64,000 bases of DNA. Source: Octopus vulgaris (Eukaryota). The notes under the pieces were generated by a model. It had not been told where the DNA came from and searched no databases. It was given only the letters and a program-made list of their open reading frames with translations. The stretch lies in contig OX597818.1 in NCBI GenBank assembly GCA_951406725.2, positions 12,772,001-12,836,000 on the forward strand, given 5' to 3'. The stretch's first letter is position 1; each line of letters starts with the position of its first letter. This document shows, one piece after another, positions 13,556 to 27,050 of the stretch. The position numbers and the translations under genes were made by a program.

Positions 13556-14024
13556 TAACAAGCCACAGTAAAATATTTGTATGCAAGTCATTTGCTCTAA
13601 TATTTGTCTTGTCGATTATATGTTAGTCCATTACCGGACGTATGTAAGTTAATTTGAGTTTTGCGGTGCCACAGGAGGAAAACAGGAAAACGGTCCAGCG
13701 CAGCGTGATGAAAGCAGTAATTGCTATTCGCCTTGTATATGAGGGGTTATAAATTACCAATTAACGATAGCGAGTTGTTAGGTAGAATGTTTGGTAGCTC
13801 CTTATCCCAGTGCTATACAAATTATTTGAACAATGCCGAACCAAAACCATTGTCTAATAAAACATTTGTAAATCCTGTAAGAACTAATTACGGCGGTAAA
13901 TCAAACGAAGAAAAAAAACCAGAGGTTATTGCTATTTATTGGATGCTGCACACAAGAATATAAATATAAAGACAGATAGAGAAATAATGGACGACAGAAA
14001 AACGAGGGTGAGCTACAGCGACAG

Positions 14025-14064
<40 letters not shown>

Positions 14065-14093
14065 ATTTATGTATGTATATATATATGTACATA

Positions 14094-14153
<60 letters not shown>

Positions 14154-14973
14154 GTGAAAGTGTGCGGCATTATGGTGGACAACGATCGATTGTTATGGTG
14201 ACAAATGAAAATGCTGTTAGATAAAAAAAAAATTCCGGGAGAATATTGTTTAAATATCTGTTGAGGGAAGTTGGAAGTTATTCTAACTTCAAAATACATG
14301 GCTTCGAATAAATCTCTACCTATCTACTAAATTGTCTCTTTTATCTATAACATTGTTGTAGAAAAAGTTAAAGTAATATTTTAAATGAACAATGACTTTG
14401 TTAATGTGAAAAATTCCGGTGTTTCTCAACCTAGATGCAAAAACATCAAAACATCAAAATATTAAGTAAAACTTTTATAATGGAATTTGTTGTATGAATG
14501 GAATTAATGACGCAGCTCAAACACATAGGGGTTGTAATGCTATTATTCTCTTTGATGTTTGCTAGAGCAGGTCTAGTTAAGAAGATTACACTAATATTAT
14601 AATCAATGGACGTGCCAAAATCACAAGCATAGTTAGATCAAGGTAATAAAAATAAAAGTTAAAATATTATCTTCACAAAATCTTTGATATGATATAATCT
14701 TTAATATCGTCATCATGGCTATCAACTATTTCAAGAATGAACTAATGAGGTAATTCCTGGATGAAGTCTTGATCTGCTAAAAATAAGAGCTGTTAATCTA
14801 AGGGTAAGTGAACCTTCTCGTCTAATATGAAAGCGACACATGAGATAAAGTAGTTAAAAATCCCCTCTAAAACGGATCTACGGAAATGCTTGGAATGCCT
14901 TTCATAGTACGTGTGCCCAGTCAATACTGTGCGCAGCCAAAGAGCAGTAACATACAAATGAATACCATAATAA

Positions 14974-15087
14974 TACTGTTCTATATTTTAGAGATGAGGA
15001 ATTCTGTACATTATTTACATTACTTACATTGGACGGATATATATGTCCTCACCTAGTATGTTATTACCACAACGTTTCGGCTGATTT
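14974..15087 (-). mobile_element. Truncated pLTR-type remnant retaining only the 3' half of a hammerhead motif
   Basis: Minus strand reads cagccGAAACGTTgtg followed by an AT-rich tail. The CUGAnGA half is replaced by LINE sequence at ~15088. Confidence 0.45.
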
Positions 15088-15366
15088 ACACATATTCTGC
15101 AGTTGTTATATTTCTTTTCATTACATGTTTTTGGTAATTTCTGGAGGGGAGGCTTTGGTTTTGTGCTGCAATTAAAAATCCCTGTCTCTGCTTTGAGTCC
15201 TGAGCTTCTCAACGATTGATGGGATTTTTATTTGTCTATTTCTTTTGCATATAGTTTAGTCCAGTACTTGCCATGAAGGGGCTTTTCTTGCCATCGTTTT
15301 ATCATGGTCCGTTGCTGTTCTAGTTTTAGTTTTGATTTCATTTGCTTTATAGCTTTTGTTTTGTTT
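15088..15366 (-). pseudogene. Fragment of the same Dong-like LINE family as 52845-55642
   Basis: Aligns by eye to ~53505-53790 and encodes TKAIKQMKSKLKLEQQRTMIKRWQEKPLHGKY and RSSGLKAET. Confidence 0.92.
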
Positions 15367-15632
15367 TCTTCTTCTTCTTCTTCTTCTTCTTCTTCTTCTT
15401 CTTCTTCTTCTTCTTCTTCTTCTTCTTCTTCTTCTTCTTCTTCTTCTTCTTCTTCTTCTTCTTCTCCTCCTCCTTCTTCTTCTTCTTCTTCTTCTTCTTC
15501 TTCTTCCTCCTTCTTCTTCTTCTTCTTCTTCTTCTTCTTCTTCTTCTTCTTCTTCTTCTTCTTCTTCTTCTTCTTCTTCTTCTTCTTCTTCTTCTTCTTC
15601 TTCTTCTTCTTCTTCTTCTTCTTCTTCTTCTT
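15367..15632. repeat. (CTT)n/(GAA)n microsatellite, ~265 bp
   Basis: Seen directly. It begins where the LINE has its short poly-Glu GAA tract. Confidence 0.95.
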
Positions 15633-15782
15633 GGATTTCGCATCAACAAGGAACAATTCCTAACGCAAGGGACTATTGCAAGTATCACAAAGTATTTTAG
15701 TTGTAATCGTACCAAATCTGACAACTCTCACTACCCATTAACTTAATGATTATCTTGCTTAATAACGTGTGTGTGTATCTAT

Positions 15783-15924
<142 letters not shown>

Positions 15925-15977
15925 TCATTTTGCGACAATGTGTTGATGCATGTAGAAAGAGTCGTAGTGTCACCCAC

Positions 15978-16200
15978 AATTAAGGTGCTTGAGTAGGAGT
16001 TTTACGAGTCCAATAGCTGTTTCTGGGGAATTAGTGGTCCCCGATAATACTTATAACTTGATTTCATAATCAGATATCACCAGCCTCCGTCTTTAGGGAA
16101 GAAGTTTACCACAAAATCCCCAGGAACAGCTGATGGACTCGGAAAACTCCTACTCAAGACCCTTAATTACTGATATAGCTTTCATTCTGTGTTAATCGGA
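15978..16200. mobile_element. pLTR-type remnant with ~60-bp inverted arms and a decayed hammerhead
   Basis: Arms 15978-16038 and 16108-16168 are imperfect reverse complements. The minus strand reads tcc-CTAAAGA...GAAAC-agct-ATT-gga (core mutated). Confidence 0.6.
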
Positions 16201-16379
16201 CTTCTTTTATATATATACATATATACATTTTTGTATTAAATGTATTTAAAACATTTTTCGTTTTATCAACTTGACTAACTTGCTTTTACTTACATTTACT
16301 CCCCTACCTGCTCAAGTTCAAATCTATTGAGCACTGTGAAATGTTTCTATATAGAGAATACTTGTCTCTAACTAATAAA

Positions 16380-16419
<40 letters not shown>

Positions 16420-17560
16420 CACGCGCGCGTGTGTGTGTGTGTGTGTGTGTATCTGTTTGTGTGTGAGGGCGCGTGTGTGAGATTGTGTGGATGCCCCGGA
16501 GTGTATGCTTCTATGTGTTTGCGTGTTGGCATTAGAACTACAAACTAAAATAAATCTGATGATAACTTAGTATGTATATATATTTTTGTTTTAGTTTGCA
16601 TGGAATCAATATTTTAGACATTCAATTCTGTTTGAAGGAGTAGGAAACTTTCTCCACCATTCAGCTAACCACAACGTATTCCATCAGAATATTTCATTTT
16701 AAAAGAATATTTGTATGTACTTAAAATGCTAATGGTGCACAGAAAAAAACTGTTATCATGGATTACGTAAAACAAATCATTATATAAAGAAACCTATTTA
16801 AATTCAATGTTTTCGTATACCCACCTTATTTATTCCAAACTTTAGGGATAGCCTCCTCTTAATCAAGTGGGATATTGAATGATACTGGGGTCCATTTTAC
16901 ATGGGGCTAATTTAAAAATTTTATCTCCTTTAAATATGTATTCTGTTTCTTCCTACATATACTTATAGATAAGTTCCCGAGATTCACCGTATAGAAGACA
17001 TTATTAAAGCTCAAAAGATTGAAGGTTAGATTCTGATATCTTTGCTGGGAATCATTCCACAAGGTAAAGAAAGGCTACAAAAAGGATCACGTTAAGCGGG
17101 TATAGAGGCAATATTGCGGATACACAGATTATACACATGAAATATATTAAATATATTAAACACCAACTACAAAATTAGTACATATGTATTCATGCAAAAC
17201 GAGAGGAAGCAAAGAGGGGGAGACTTTCAGAAGATGAATTTTTATGTAAACCATATAGGTATTTATATTAATAGGTCTAACTTACAAAGAATACAAACGA
17301 CAAAGAAAAAGAGGTGGAAGAAAGGTGTTATAAGTCCAACAACTATTTCCGGGGGCTCGGCGATACATAATAATGTTGGTAGATTTAGTACACCACAAAA
17401 TGATGCCGTATGGATGCAATTAACATCGGGTGTTCTGTTCTTTCCTGGATAGCAACATATTTCACGTAACCTATATTACATTAAACGTCAATATCAAGAT
17501 GTTAAAATACACATATACACAAAAACACACATTTATATATAACTACACACACATACATTA

Positions 17561-17764
17561 GTTTCAAATTTTGGCACAACCCATTAATTTCTGGACAGTT
17601 GATTACATTGACTTCAGTGCTCAACTGGTACTTAGTTTATTGACCCTGAAAGTATGAAAGGCAAGGTCGACATCGTCGGAATCTGAACTCAGAAAGTAAC
17701 GACGAACGAAATAATGCTAAGCATTTTTACCGGCATGCTATGGATTCAGCCACCTTGTTACCTT
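17561..17764 (-). mobile_element. tRNA-derived SINE (family A)
   Basis: Reverse complement contains ttctgagttcagattccgacgatgtcgaccttgcctttcatac..gggtcaataaactaagtaccagttgagcactg, homologous to 22660-22800. Confidence 0.8.
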
Positions 17765-20379
17765 ACACATACACATATATTGAGAAACATAAGCTACAGT
17801 TCATATTAAATTGATCTGATTTAGCCCAAGCAAATGCTTAATTTTGCACACATTGAGTTTTTATTGTTATGTTAAATATATGTAAAATATATAGTAAACT
17901 ATGTATTTTTTACTATGTCTGATTCACTAAAGATTTACTCTTGCAATTTCATCGAACTCCGTAACTAGAATGTCGGTCGTTAAATTAAAAGAAATATAGT
18001 TATGTAATAAAACATCTAGCTTGCCATGCAACATTAAATGTAACTCCAAGTGATCCTGAAATAATATTGATAAGAAGGTTTTATTTCACACTCAGTATAT
18101 AGATGCTGTTTTAATTGGTTTTGACCTCAAGGCAATTTAAGGATAAAATCATATTTATGATTGTATATTTCGCAATTGTCTCTTAAATATGGATACTTTT
18201 AAACAGTTATCCATATGAATTTTCCGAAAATTCACCCGCTAGGATTTACAAATTCAGTGTATGTTCTCTTAAGAGACATATCCAATCGAAATAAAACAGC
18301 TGATAATATATATATGTATATATATTCATTCTTTAACTATCCAATAGTTGCAGTACACTTGGTCATTCATTGTATTTTTCTCCTTTTAAATTTCAAATTT
18401 TAAAACTCGTTTTCCCGAGAATGTTTGCACTTTGCATATTGTTTGCTTTTAACTCGTCAATCATATTAGATTGAAAAACAGAATTACGTTCTCTGCTTTA
18501 GTTCACTGCCAATAAATCTTGCACCAATTAAAGTTGTTGAAGTTAGTGCAAGTTTACAATCAATGTATTGTCTTTAAAAATGTCTCCCTACTGAGGATTC
18601 ACAAAAAGACTTATCACTGACAATCAAGTTAAATTTGATTTACAATATTTTCCCATTTTTGAAACGTTAAACATAAGTAACAGTCGAGTATTACTTTTTA
18701 TGTCTATGCTTATTCTGATCCACTTTCTATATATTTAAGTAAGTAACAAAAGCATTCTATCTGTATTAAAAAATATTCTATTTAGCGCTAACTTTAATGA
18801 GTTTTCATCTGATGTTATAGCAAACCAAAGCTTTCATTTTTATTTTCAAGAGGTTTTGGGTGTCTTGAAATACCCATAGTTAAATTCATTAATCCTCATG
18901 CTGAAAAAAGAAATTTAACGTTATAATATAGTATAATAGAGACCCAGCCTAAATACATTGTCTTTGTATTCTTTCTCTTATGTTCATATTACATAATGAC
19001 GAAAGAATGTGTTATCGACATATTTGTATAAGAAAAATGTATTCGTATAAAATGCGTAACGAGCAAAGCATTCTAAAGGAAGAGTATATCAATTAATTTT
19101 AGAAACAAAAAATATTAGATAAAGTCCATTGCTAGAAAAAAATAGCTTAAAACTAATGCTGTCAAGATGATATGTGAAACAGAGTGCCCTCAGTTATGAA
19201 CTTAGTTGAAAAGGCTTAATTGAAATATAACATAACATTACAAAGGGCCAAATTTCTATGAGTCGTACTGCTGAAGCATTGTCATTGTTAACGTATTAAA
19301 ATGAAAATGTGTTGATGATGTCACATTTTAAATTAGATTTTGAAAAAATATGCATCACGTTTGACACGTCTAGTCATCATGTAACCTAAGGGCTTTCCAT
19401 TCATCCATCTGCCTAAAATAATCTAGCAGACTGAACAAGCGAAGACTAAAACTAATTGTCCTGTTACATTTCTCCCTTTCTTTTTCTCCATCAGCATATT
19501 AAAACGGAGGTCAGTCATTCATCTTGGTGATTCCTCATCCAATTCTGCTTTCTCTTGCAAACCGATACAGTTCTAATTCAAATTTCTTTTTCTCACTTCC
19601 ACTTCCACTTCCTATTTGCCTACAAATCTGTGTCTTGTATCTGTTAAGATTCCATTACTCCAAATATTGCACAATGAAACGCATTCATAGACATTGGTTT
19701 TCTTCCAGCGAAAACGGTAGCAACTCATCCTGGAATCGGTTCCTTCTAAAGGTTGATGCAATTTACAAACAAGTAGCTCTGAATACTCTAACGCAAAAAT
19801 TTCATCATAGTGTTCCTTTCATTAAGAAGGTCTACATCATTTTTTTAATTTTCTCAGGAATAGCCCCTAAAATACCAACAACCTTAACAGAGCAATTGAC
19901 ATTCGATGTCTTTGGTGAAGTACACTTTATTGAAAGCGGTTGGGCCCTGACCTCTTGTTTATACAGAAGAATATGAAAACTGGATGCTTTAATCTCTTCA
20001 GATGATAATGTGTAATCAGATTACACTGATTGCCCGGGAGTAACTTTGAAGGAAATCTTGCCAGTGAAGTCGCTCAAGCAAACGGTTCACTTGCTCAAAT
20101 ATGTGAATAAGGATCAGGTTTTCACTTCAAATTGATTTCAGTGTGAATAGTTTATAAAATTTGAAAACTGTTACTTAATCATACGAATTGCCATTGTGGT
20201 TTGTAATCGCTAGTGAACTTTGATCACAGTAGTTCTATAATACTCAGAGAGTTCGTGAAATAATTAGCTGTGATCAAATATAGTTGTTGTTTCAGTTATA
20301 ACAAGTCTACGCCAAGATAAGTGCTATATTGTACACTTTGACAGGAAATGTATCATAGGTGCAGTATTATAGAGCGGGC

Positions 20380-21050
20380 ATGTTATATTTTCTCATATAT
20401 TGTATGTTTTGGTACGAATGTAGATTTTTGTTGTTCATGGGAACAGCAAACAATAAGGACTCGATCTGAATGGAATAAGGGCTGTTCCGTGTTACCCAAA
20501 GGACCTTTATCGTCTCTAGATTTATTATAACTAGCAGAAAGATTATTTTCAAATTGTACCCTTCTACCTTAAATGTGGTGAATAAACAAGTTGATGTAAA
20601 TATGACGATAAAATTTGTGTAAATAAACCAGCGCGATAACCGCGTGGATGTCTGATGAAACAATAAGTATTTTTCACACTGTCCAATAGAGGGATACACT
20701 GTGACAAGGAAGTTATAGTTTCTCTATCAATATTTTCCTTATAACAATTTATAAAACGATTTTTAGTCAATCTATGGTAATTTCGTTCTGTAATAAACAT
20801 CAATGTTCATGAAATACAGTCAAAATTTCTCACTGCTGGCAACCATCTACTAGTATGCAATCTTTTCCCCGATAAAAATCTTTATTTAATTTTCACTAAT
20901 CCATGTGACAGAAAGTTATTTAAGCTCAAACTATCGCTTCCATATTGTTTAGTTTTCGATCAGGGCTTTTTCCTCTTTCAGCCTTTTTCAAAATTCCATA
21001 TTTCAAAGATATACCATCACTCAAATCATACTTATATTTGATAGCACCAA
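20380..21050 (-). pseudogene. Possible very old DDE-integrase (Ginger/KRBA2-like) relic
   Basis: Scattered minus-strand peptides YKENIDRETITSLSQC, VEGYNLKI and RSSPYCLLF occur in the expected order. No clear catalytic residues. Confidence 0.25.
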
Positions 21051-21435
21051 ACTCTTAATACTTGTTCATTTCCAAGGCAATTACAATAACTAACATAGCT
21101 CTTGGTTTCTCTACTACACGTATAATCTGCCCGTCTAGAAAGAATCTTGTACTTCATGGTTGTTGCAAGATGCATAAGAAATAGAATATTTTTCTTGTAG
21201 GCAATAATGAATGGTGAGAATGAGACGTTACTCAGTAAGAATAAGACTAGATTAGATATATACGACAAACGAGTGAAAGTCTTTTTTTTTATTCAATGAT
21301 GACTATATCCATGAGAAATTAGATTTAGGAGTAACGCTTTCAACAGACAACCACGCTCATTCACAAACGCACGCTCACAGGGAAAGATGGAGAGTGAGAT
21401 TGTGTGTGTGTGTGTGTGTTTTGTGTGTGTTTTTA

Positions 21436-21484
<49 letters not shown>

Positions 21485-22624
21485 AATGAGATAGGAGGCT
21501 AGATTGATAGATCGATACATACGCAGAAACATTCCCGTATAATACCAATTGTGGCTGCTCCACATTTAAGAATGTGAGGTGGAAATGAAGATTTAGTTGT
21601 TATTGTCCGCATGATTTAATGATCTCATCAAGGCTCATTTGTTGGCTTGCATAAAAAATTTTGTTACAGAGTCGGTTGTAATAGGAATATGTTTTTAAAG
21701 TTATGATTTTCATCCCGAATGTCTCAAGACGTTCTTTTAATAAAAATGTTATTATCTCCTATCGAAAATATATATCACTTTACAAAGAAGATATTGCAAA
21801 GAAATGTTCGGGAGAAGGAACGATCTATTAAGTAGACAGCACTGTCTTCTCTTTATGACCCGGTCAGAAGGGGAACACTAAATTGAACATCAACAAAATC
21901 CGAACTCAGGACGTAAAGGGGGAATTACTTAATATAGCATACTATATTTTAACAATACTTTAGTGCTTCTGCTAAATCACTCGCTTGATTTCCCTATAGA
22001 AAAGTGAGTTATATTTTGAACAAAGGATATAAGCGAAATTCAGTAAAACACAACTGCTGGTTCCTCCATCCATCTGACCACTTACCACTCTAATATTGAC
22101 ATTAATACTAAAGACAGAATTATATTTAATTTCGGAGTCATACTTTTCTTTTGGGAGTCGACTTCATGTGAGAGTGTGCTGCAAATGAAGCAATTATGCT
22201 ATAAATGAGGGATTTTTTAAGAATGCAAAAAATAGTTTTATAGCTATTTCTTGAATTATCACTATTTTCGTCACAATTTAATAAAATCGCACGCTTATAA
22301 CTGTTATTTTGCAAGCATAAAGTATAAAATTGCACATCGTGGAAATTTTGTAAAATTTTAAACTGTATTTAAGATATTTCGTTAATGTTTAATTAGCTAT
22401 TATAGACCTGGGTGCATTTTTATGTAACTATCTGAATATAAACAAATAGAAGATAGTGTAGCAAAAGAAAACTTTAAAACATATCTAGTGACTTGCTTGT
22501 TTCTAAAATGTTCATAATTATTGAGCTAGATAAATTTAGCTCCAGCATCATCAATGTGTATCTCACTGAGCGACAAAGTCATGTCTGATTCAACCACATA
22601 TGTTCTCTTTTTTTAGAAGAAATA

Positions 22625-23042
22625 CTAGCGGAGAGTTATTTAGTTGTATTTCGTGCCCCTCTACGTTCTGAGTTCAAATTCCGCCGTTGTCGACTTTGCC
22701 TTTCTTCTTATTGGGGTCGATAAAATAAGTACCAGTTTTTCACTGGGATCAATGTAACTGACTTAGCTTCTCCATCAAAATTGCTGGCCTTGTGCTAACA
22801 TTTGAAGCAATTACTATTATTATAGTTGTCGTTGCTGTTTTTGCTGTTGTTGTTACTTGCCTTTCTTCTTATTGGGACTTTGCCTTTCTTCTTATTGGGG
22901 TCGATAAAATAAGTACCAGTTTTTCACTGGGATCAATGTAACTGACTTAGCTTCTCCATCAAAATTGCTGGCCTTGTGCTAACATTTGAAGCAATTACTA
23001 TTATTATAGTTGTCGTTGCTGTTTTTGCTGTTGTTGTTACTT
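22625..23042 (+). mobile_element. SINE (family A) whose 3' half is tandemly duplicated
   Basis: B-box-like gagttcaaattcc at ~22670. The unit 22692-22858 recurs at 22876-23042. Confidence 0.85.
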
Positions 23043-23099
23043 TAGTAAATGCTAATTTTTATTAGCAGGTATTTTAACATAATGATTCGTGAAAACATT

Positions 23100-24060
23100 C
23101 TCAAACCCCAACCATCTCCCTTAGGATTCTTACAGTACGTAACATGGTACTTTTCACCAGGTCGACAATCCGAGTTTAAATTCTAGTCTCTTTCAGTATT
23201 TTAGGCAGCATATTGGGGTGTTGTGCGTAGTGCCCCAATTATTAGAAGAATAGTTGTTGTCTTCGTTGTCACTATCCTCAGTTCTCTGGCTAGATCCTGA
23301 TATTTCTGAAGTTATTCAATTTATTTGGTATCGACTCTATCATCATAGGTATTTGCAAAATCTATTATGTTACACTGTCTATTTCGTATTCTATGATGAT
23401 TTCTTCTTCTCTTGCCCCAGTAACATGGTGAATCTTTATGAGAAAATACAATATGATGTCATCATTGTCATTTTCTATCGCAAATTCTAATTCATGTATA
23501 CACAATTTTCCGTTGTTTTTAATCCGCACACTCCTCTAGTACTGCAAAGCACTCTTTTGCCTTCACAGTCATGCATGCACTTATACTCTTTTTGTGATAG
23601 CATACTGCACTCACTCAGAAGGTGGTCAGTGTTTTCGTTGCCTTTTCTGCAGATTATACGTATGCTGAGTTTTGTTATTTACCTTTCTCAGACTTTTTTA
23701 AGAACTTCTTTATGACAGATTATAATTAGTGTTTCTGCCTTTCGTTTCACTTTTATGCCCGTCAACCAGAGCCAGCAATCTTTTCTTCCATATTCCGTGG
23801 TTCCTTGCATGAATTGGCCATGTGGTTCCATTTCTTTCCATTTGTTTGTACTATTGTTCTTCCTCTTCTCTTTAAATTTTTCAACTGCTTCGGCCACTTT
23901 TTCGTGTCTCTGGTTACAGATAATATTCGTCCTTTACTCTGTAGGATATAACTTTACAGAGCCAATCTTTCAGTATTACCAATGTCTTCAGTATTTGGTA
24001 ATTATCCCTTCCCTTCTTTGTAGTTATAATCAATCGATATTCGTTTGTCGGTAGAGTTGG
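23100..24060 (-). pseudogene. Degenerate 3' part of an RLE-type (R4/Dong-like) LINE
   Basis: KWKEMEPHGQF...WLWL...KRKAETLII, then ICRKGNENTDHLLSECSMLSQKEYKCMHD (CCHC and RHD remnants), and terminal LRTVRILR. Confidence 0.8.
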
Positions 24061-24631
24061 TCAGCATCGAAAGACTGAGATTCACAAAGCTAATTAAGAT
24101 ATACTGTATAAAATGTATCACTATACCCTTCCACAGGATTTTTCGAAGATATTTTAAAGCTTCTTTTTGACTTTATCTTTAATATTACTTGGTATAACCA
24201 ATTCAACAACCATATACAGTGTACCTACAGCCTTTGCGCGCATCCAGGATAAATCTTGGGGAGATCAGCGAACTAAACACCATTATCTCTCCCGATGAAT
24301 ATATCAAAACGCGTTTCCTCTTCTTATCTAGCCACATACAAAACATACTGATTGGCACATCTGACAGGCGACTTCTACTATAGAACGAGGCCACTAGTGA
24401 GTGGATTTAGTGAAAAGAAACTAAAAAGAAACCCGTCACAAAGGCACATGTATGTCATGTGTGTATTGTTTTATATATATATATAAGTATACGACAGCAC
24501 TTCTGCAAAAGACCATCGAATAAGTATAACGCATTCAAAGAGTAGCCATTGGGAGAGATTTGTTCGAATAAAATGCTTCATGGCAGCATCCCAGCTTAGG
24601 CGCCGTATAATGATTGAAAGAAATATAAAAG

Positions 24632-24694
<63 letters not shown>

Positions 24695-25769
24695 AAAGAG
24701 AGAGAGAGAGAGATTGTTTATCGATTGAAGTTAGTAGACAAATTCATGAGGACAAATTCATTTCATGACTGAAGCTAAAGAGAAGTAACTCGCCGTCAGA
24801 AAAACAGTATTGGTTCATTACCACGGACTATTTTCCCTTGTAAAACTTATTTGTAATAATTCCATACATAATAGTCCTTTACTTATTTTTGAGCAGTTCG
24901 ATCTCAGTTGTTTTCAACTAATCTTTCTGAAGTGTAATATACATCGTGTGATGTCCGTGTTTATATCATATGATTATTACAAATAACTTCCTCAGCCAAA
25001 TGTTAAACTGCGTAGACTATATATATATATAGTCTGGTTCTTCTAATTTATTTATAAATAGTCTCTAATGTCTGGTCATTTAAAGCATTATGACACTTGA
25101 TTCACTTATCAATAAATAATTGCTGTCATTTTGATATATTTTTTTACATATAGCCTTGAATTATTTCCTCGAAACCTATGGCATTTAGATCTCGTTAACT
25201 TGTAAGCGATATGTTTTATTACATATATTCATTTTTATAAATTAAGCTTTACGTCAATATGCTTCCCATCAATGGGTTATTATTCGTTTTGATATGAGAT
25301 ACGGAATATTGCTCTTGTCAAAGAGATGCAATTATTTATCATTTTTGGAGCAAACCTATGACAAAAAATATCCATGTTATTTATCAGTCTATATCTCAGA
25401 CACAATATATAAGAAGTGCATTATTTAAATTACGATTTGAAGGATATGTTGATATAAAAAAAAAATTGAACACCCGGCTAGAAGGCTTCCTCTCCATTTA
25501 AAGGATAATATCTGGGATATATGGAAAAAAGGGATATAAACTTTATTTAACTTAATGAAGAAGAGTGATTTTGGAATGGTCAACAACAAGACTAAGTTCA
25601 TAGAAAAAACACTTCACAGCAGACAGTCATTAAATATTCAGGGGTTTCTATCTACTTAAGTGTATTGATTTCAGATTTTTCTGATGTTTGTTAACTCTGA
25701 GCAGCCATAAGCTGGCCTGGAAACTGATCTGGTTATCTTAGCTCCAAGTCTGAGGCGAAATTTTTATCT

Positions 25770-26400
25770 GACAATTTTTGGTCGCTGCACATTCTTTCAA
25801 AATACTCAGAGTTTAAAGCGCTGTTCATCTATTTCGTTTTGATTAGCATATAATCTAGTTGTGAATCTAACCCAAATGACAACGGTGGATGTATATAGCT
25901 TGATTGGTTTCTTTTGGAATTTGTTATTTAGACATTATAACTGATTTTCAAGACTTTCAGTCAGATATTGGTCATTTTTGTTCGTTGTTGTTTGGAATGC
26001 GTATTTATAGGTTACAGATCTTTCGAGATAGGCATTCATATCACATCCAATTATGAAAGCGTTGTGCTTTGGTATTTGTGTCACTGATGTGGAAAGAGTC
26101 TGATAAGAATTGGGAACGTCTTCGTCTGCTGTGTTTTTGTGGGTGAATACCATGATATGAGTGATATTTCTCGATGGAACTGAGCAGACGCTAATATTAG
26201 TTTTGCATGGATTTTCATTATGCTGATTAAAGCTTTGCGGGTTAGCGTGATTAGCAACATGCATACAAAGACAATGGAATTCTAAGCTGAGGCTGAGACA
26301 AAACACCATATACTACCAACGTTATGGTATTTTATCTCAACATCGTTGTGATAAAGCTTGTGTTTTGGTACAGGAGGTAACATCAGTATTCAAGAAATCA
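25770..26400 (-). pseudogene. AP-endonuclease relic of an RTE-like LINE
   Basis: AFIIGCDMNA (GDxNA, ~26035-26060), TNKN, SQLDYMLI (~25843-25865) and an SD(H)-like motif near 25785. Confidence 0.7.
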
Positions 26401-26842
26401 GCTCCAGAGTCAAACACAACATACGTGCAAGCAAAACAAAATTTAAAATACACTTTTCGCTATATTCAGTGGGTGCACCCTGAGAAAACTACAACCTCTT
26501 CCTGATAGATTTTTGTATTACTAAATACAGACATTTTGCTTTTTCTTTGGGTAAATTATTCAAATTATTGCACAGATTGATCAATTTTAGCTTCATATTT
26601 TTTATAGTCTACCGTACAGATGTCGTTATCGTGGAATAGACATGCGTTGTTTTGTAGTTTGCATAATGGATTCCAGTACCATGTAGTGAAAGATACGTAA
26701 TTATTTGATTTGAAGGTGCGTAGGGATTTCTTTATTAATTAATGAAAATAAAATATTCAAAATTGATTCGTTACTATGTGGCTTATATTGTCACGTAAAA
26801 ATTGATAGTATTAACTTTTAGTGACATCCGCAAACTGGACCG

Positions 26843-27050
26843 AGGCAAGCTGGCAGAATTGTTAGTACGCGGGATATTGCTTACTGACGTTTTTGTACGT
26901 GTTTACGTTCTGAGTTCAAATTACGCTGAGGCCGACATTGCATTTTATCGTTTCGTAGTTGATAAAATAGGTACCAATTGAGTACTGAGGTCAGTTTACT
27001 CTACATAATCCTCCCCGAAAATTCCTGTCCTTGTCCCAATATTTGAAATC
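26843..27050 (+). mobile_element. tRNA-derived SINE (family A)
   Basis: ggcaagctggcagaattgttag...tacgttctgagttcaaattac...gataaaataggtaccaattgagtactg; homologous to the other family A copies. Confidence 0.8.

Noticed and set aside
13293-13591. Poly-Met/His/Ile ORFs
   Set aside because: Read-through of (GAT)n.
15228-15746. Poly-K/E/F/L/S/R ORFs
   Set aside because: Read-through of (CTT)n; only the end of the minus-strand frame is LINE-derived.
19524-19976. 150-aa plus-strand ORF
   Set aside because: No domain, non-ATG start, and probably antisense to decayed transposon sequence.
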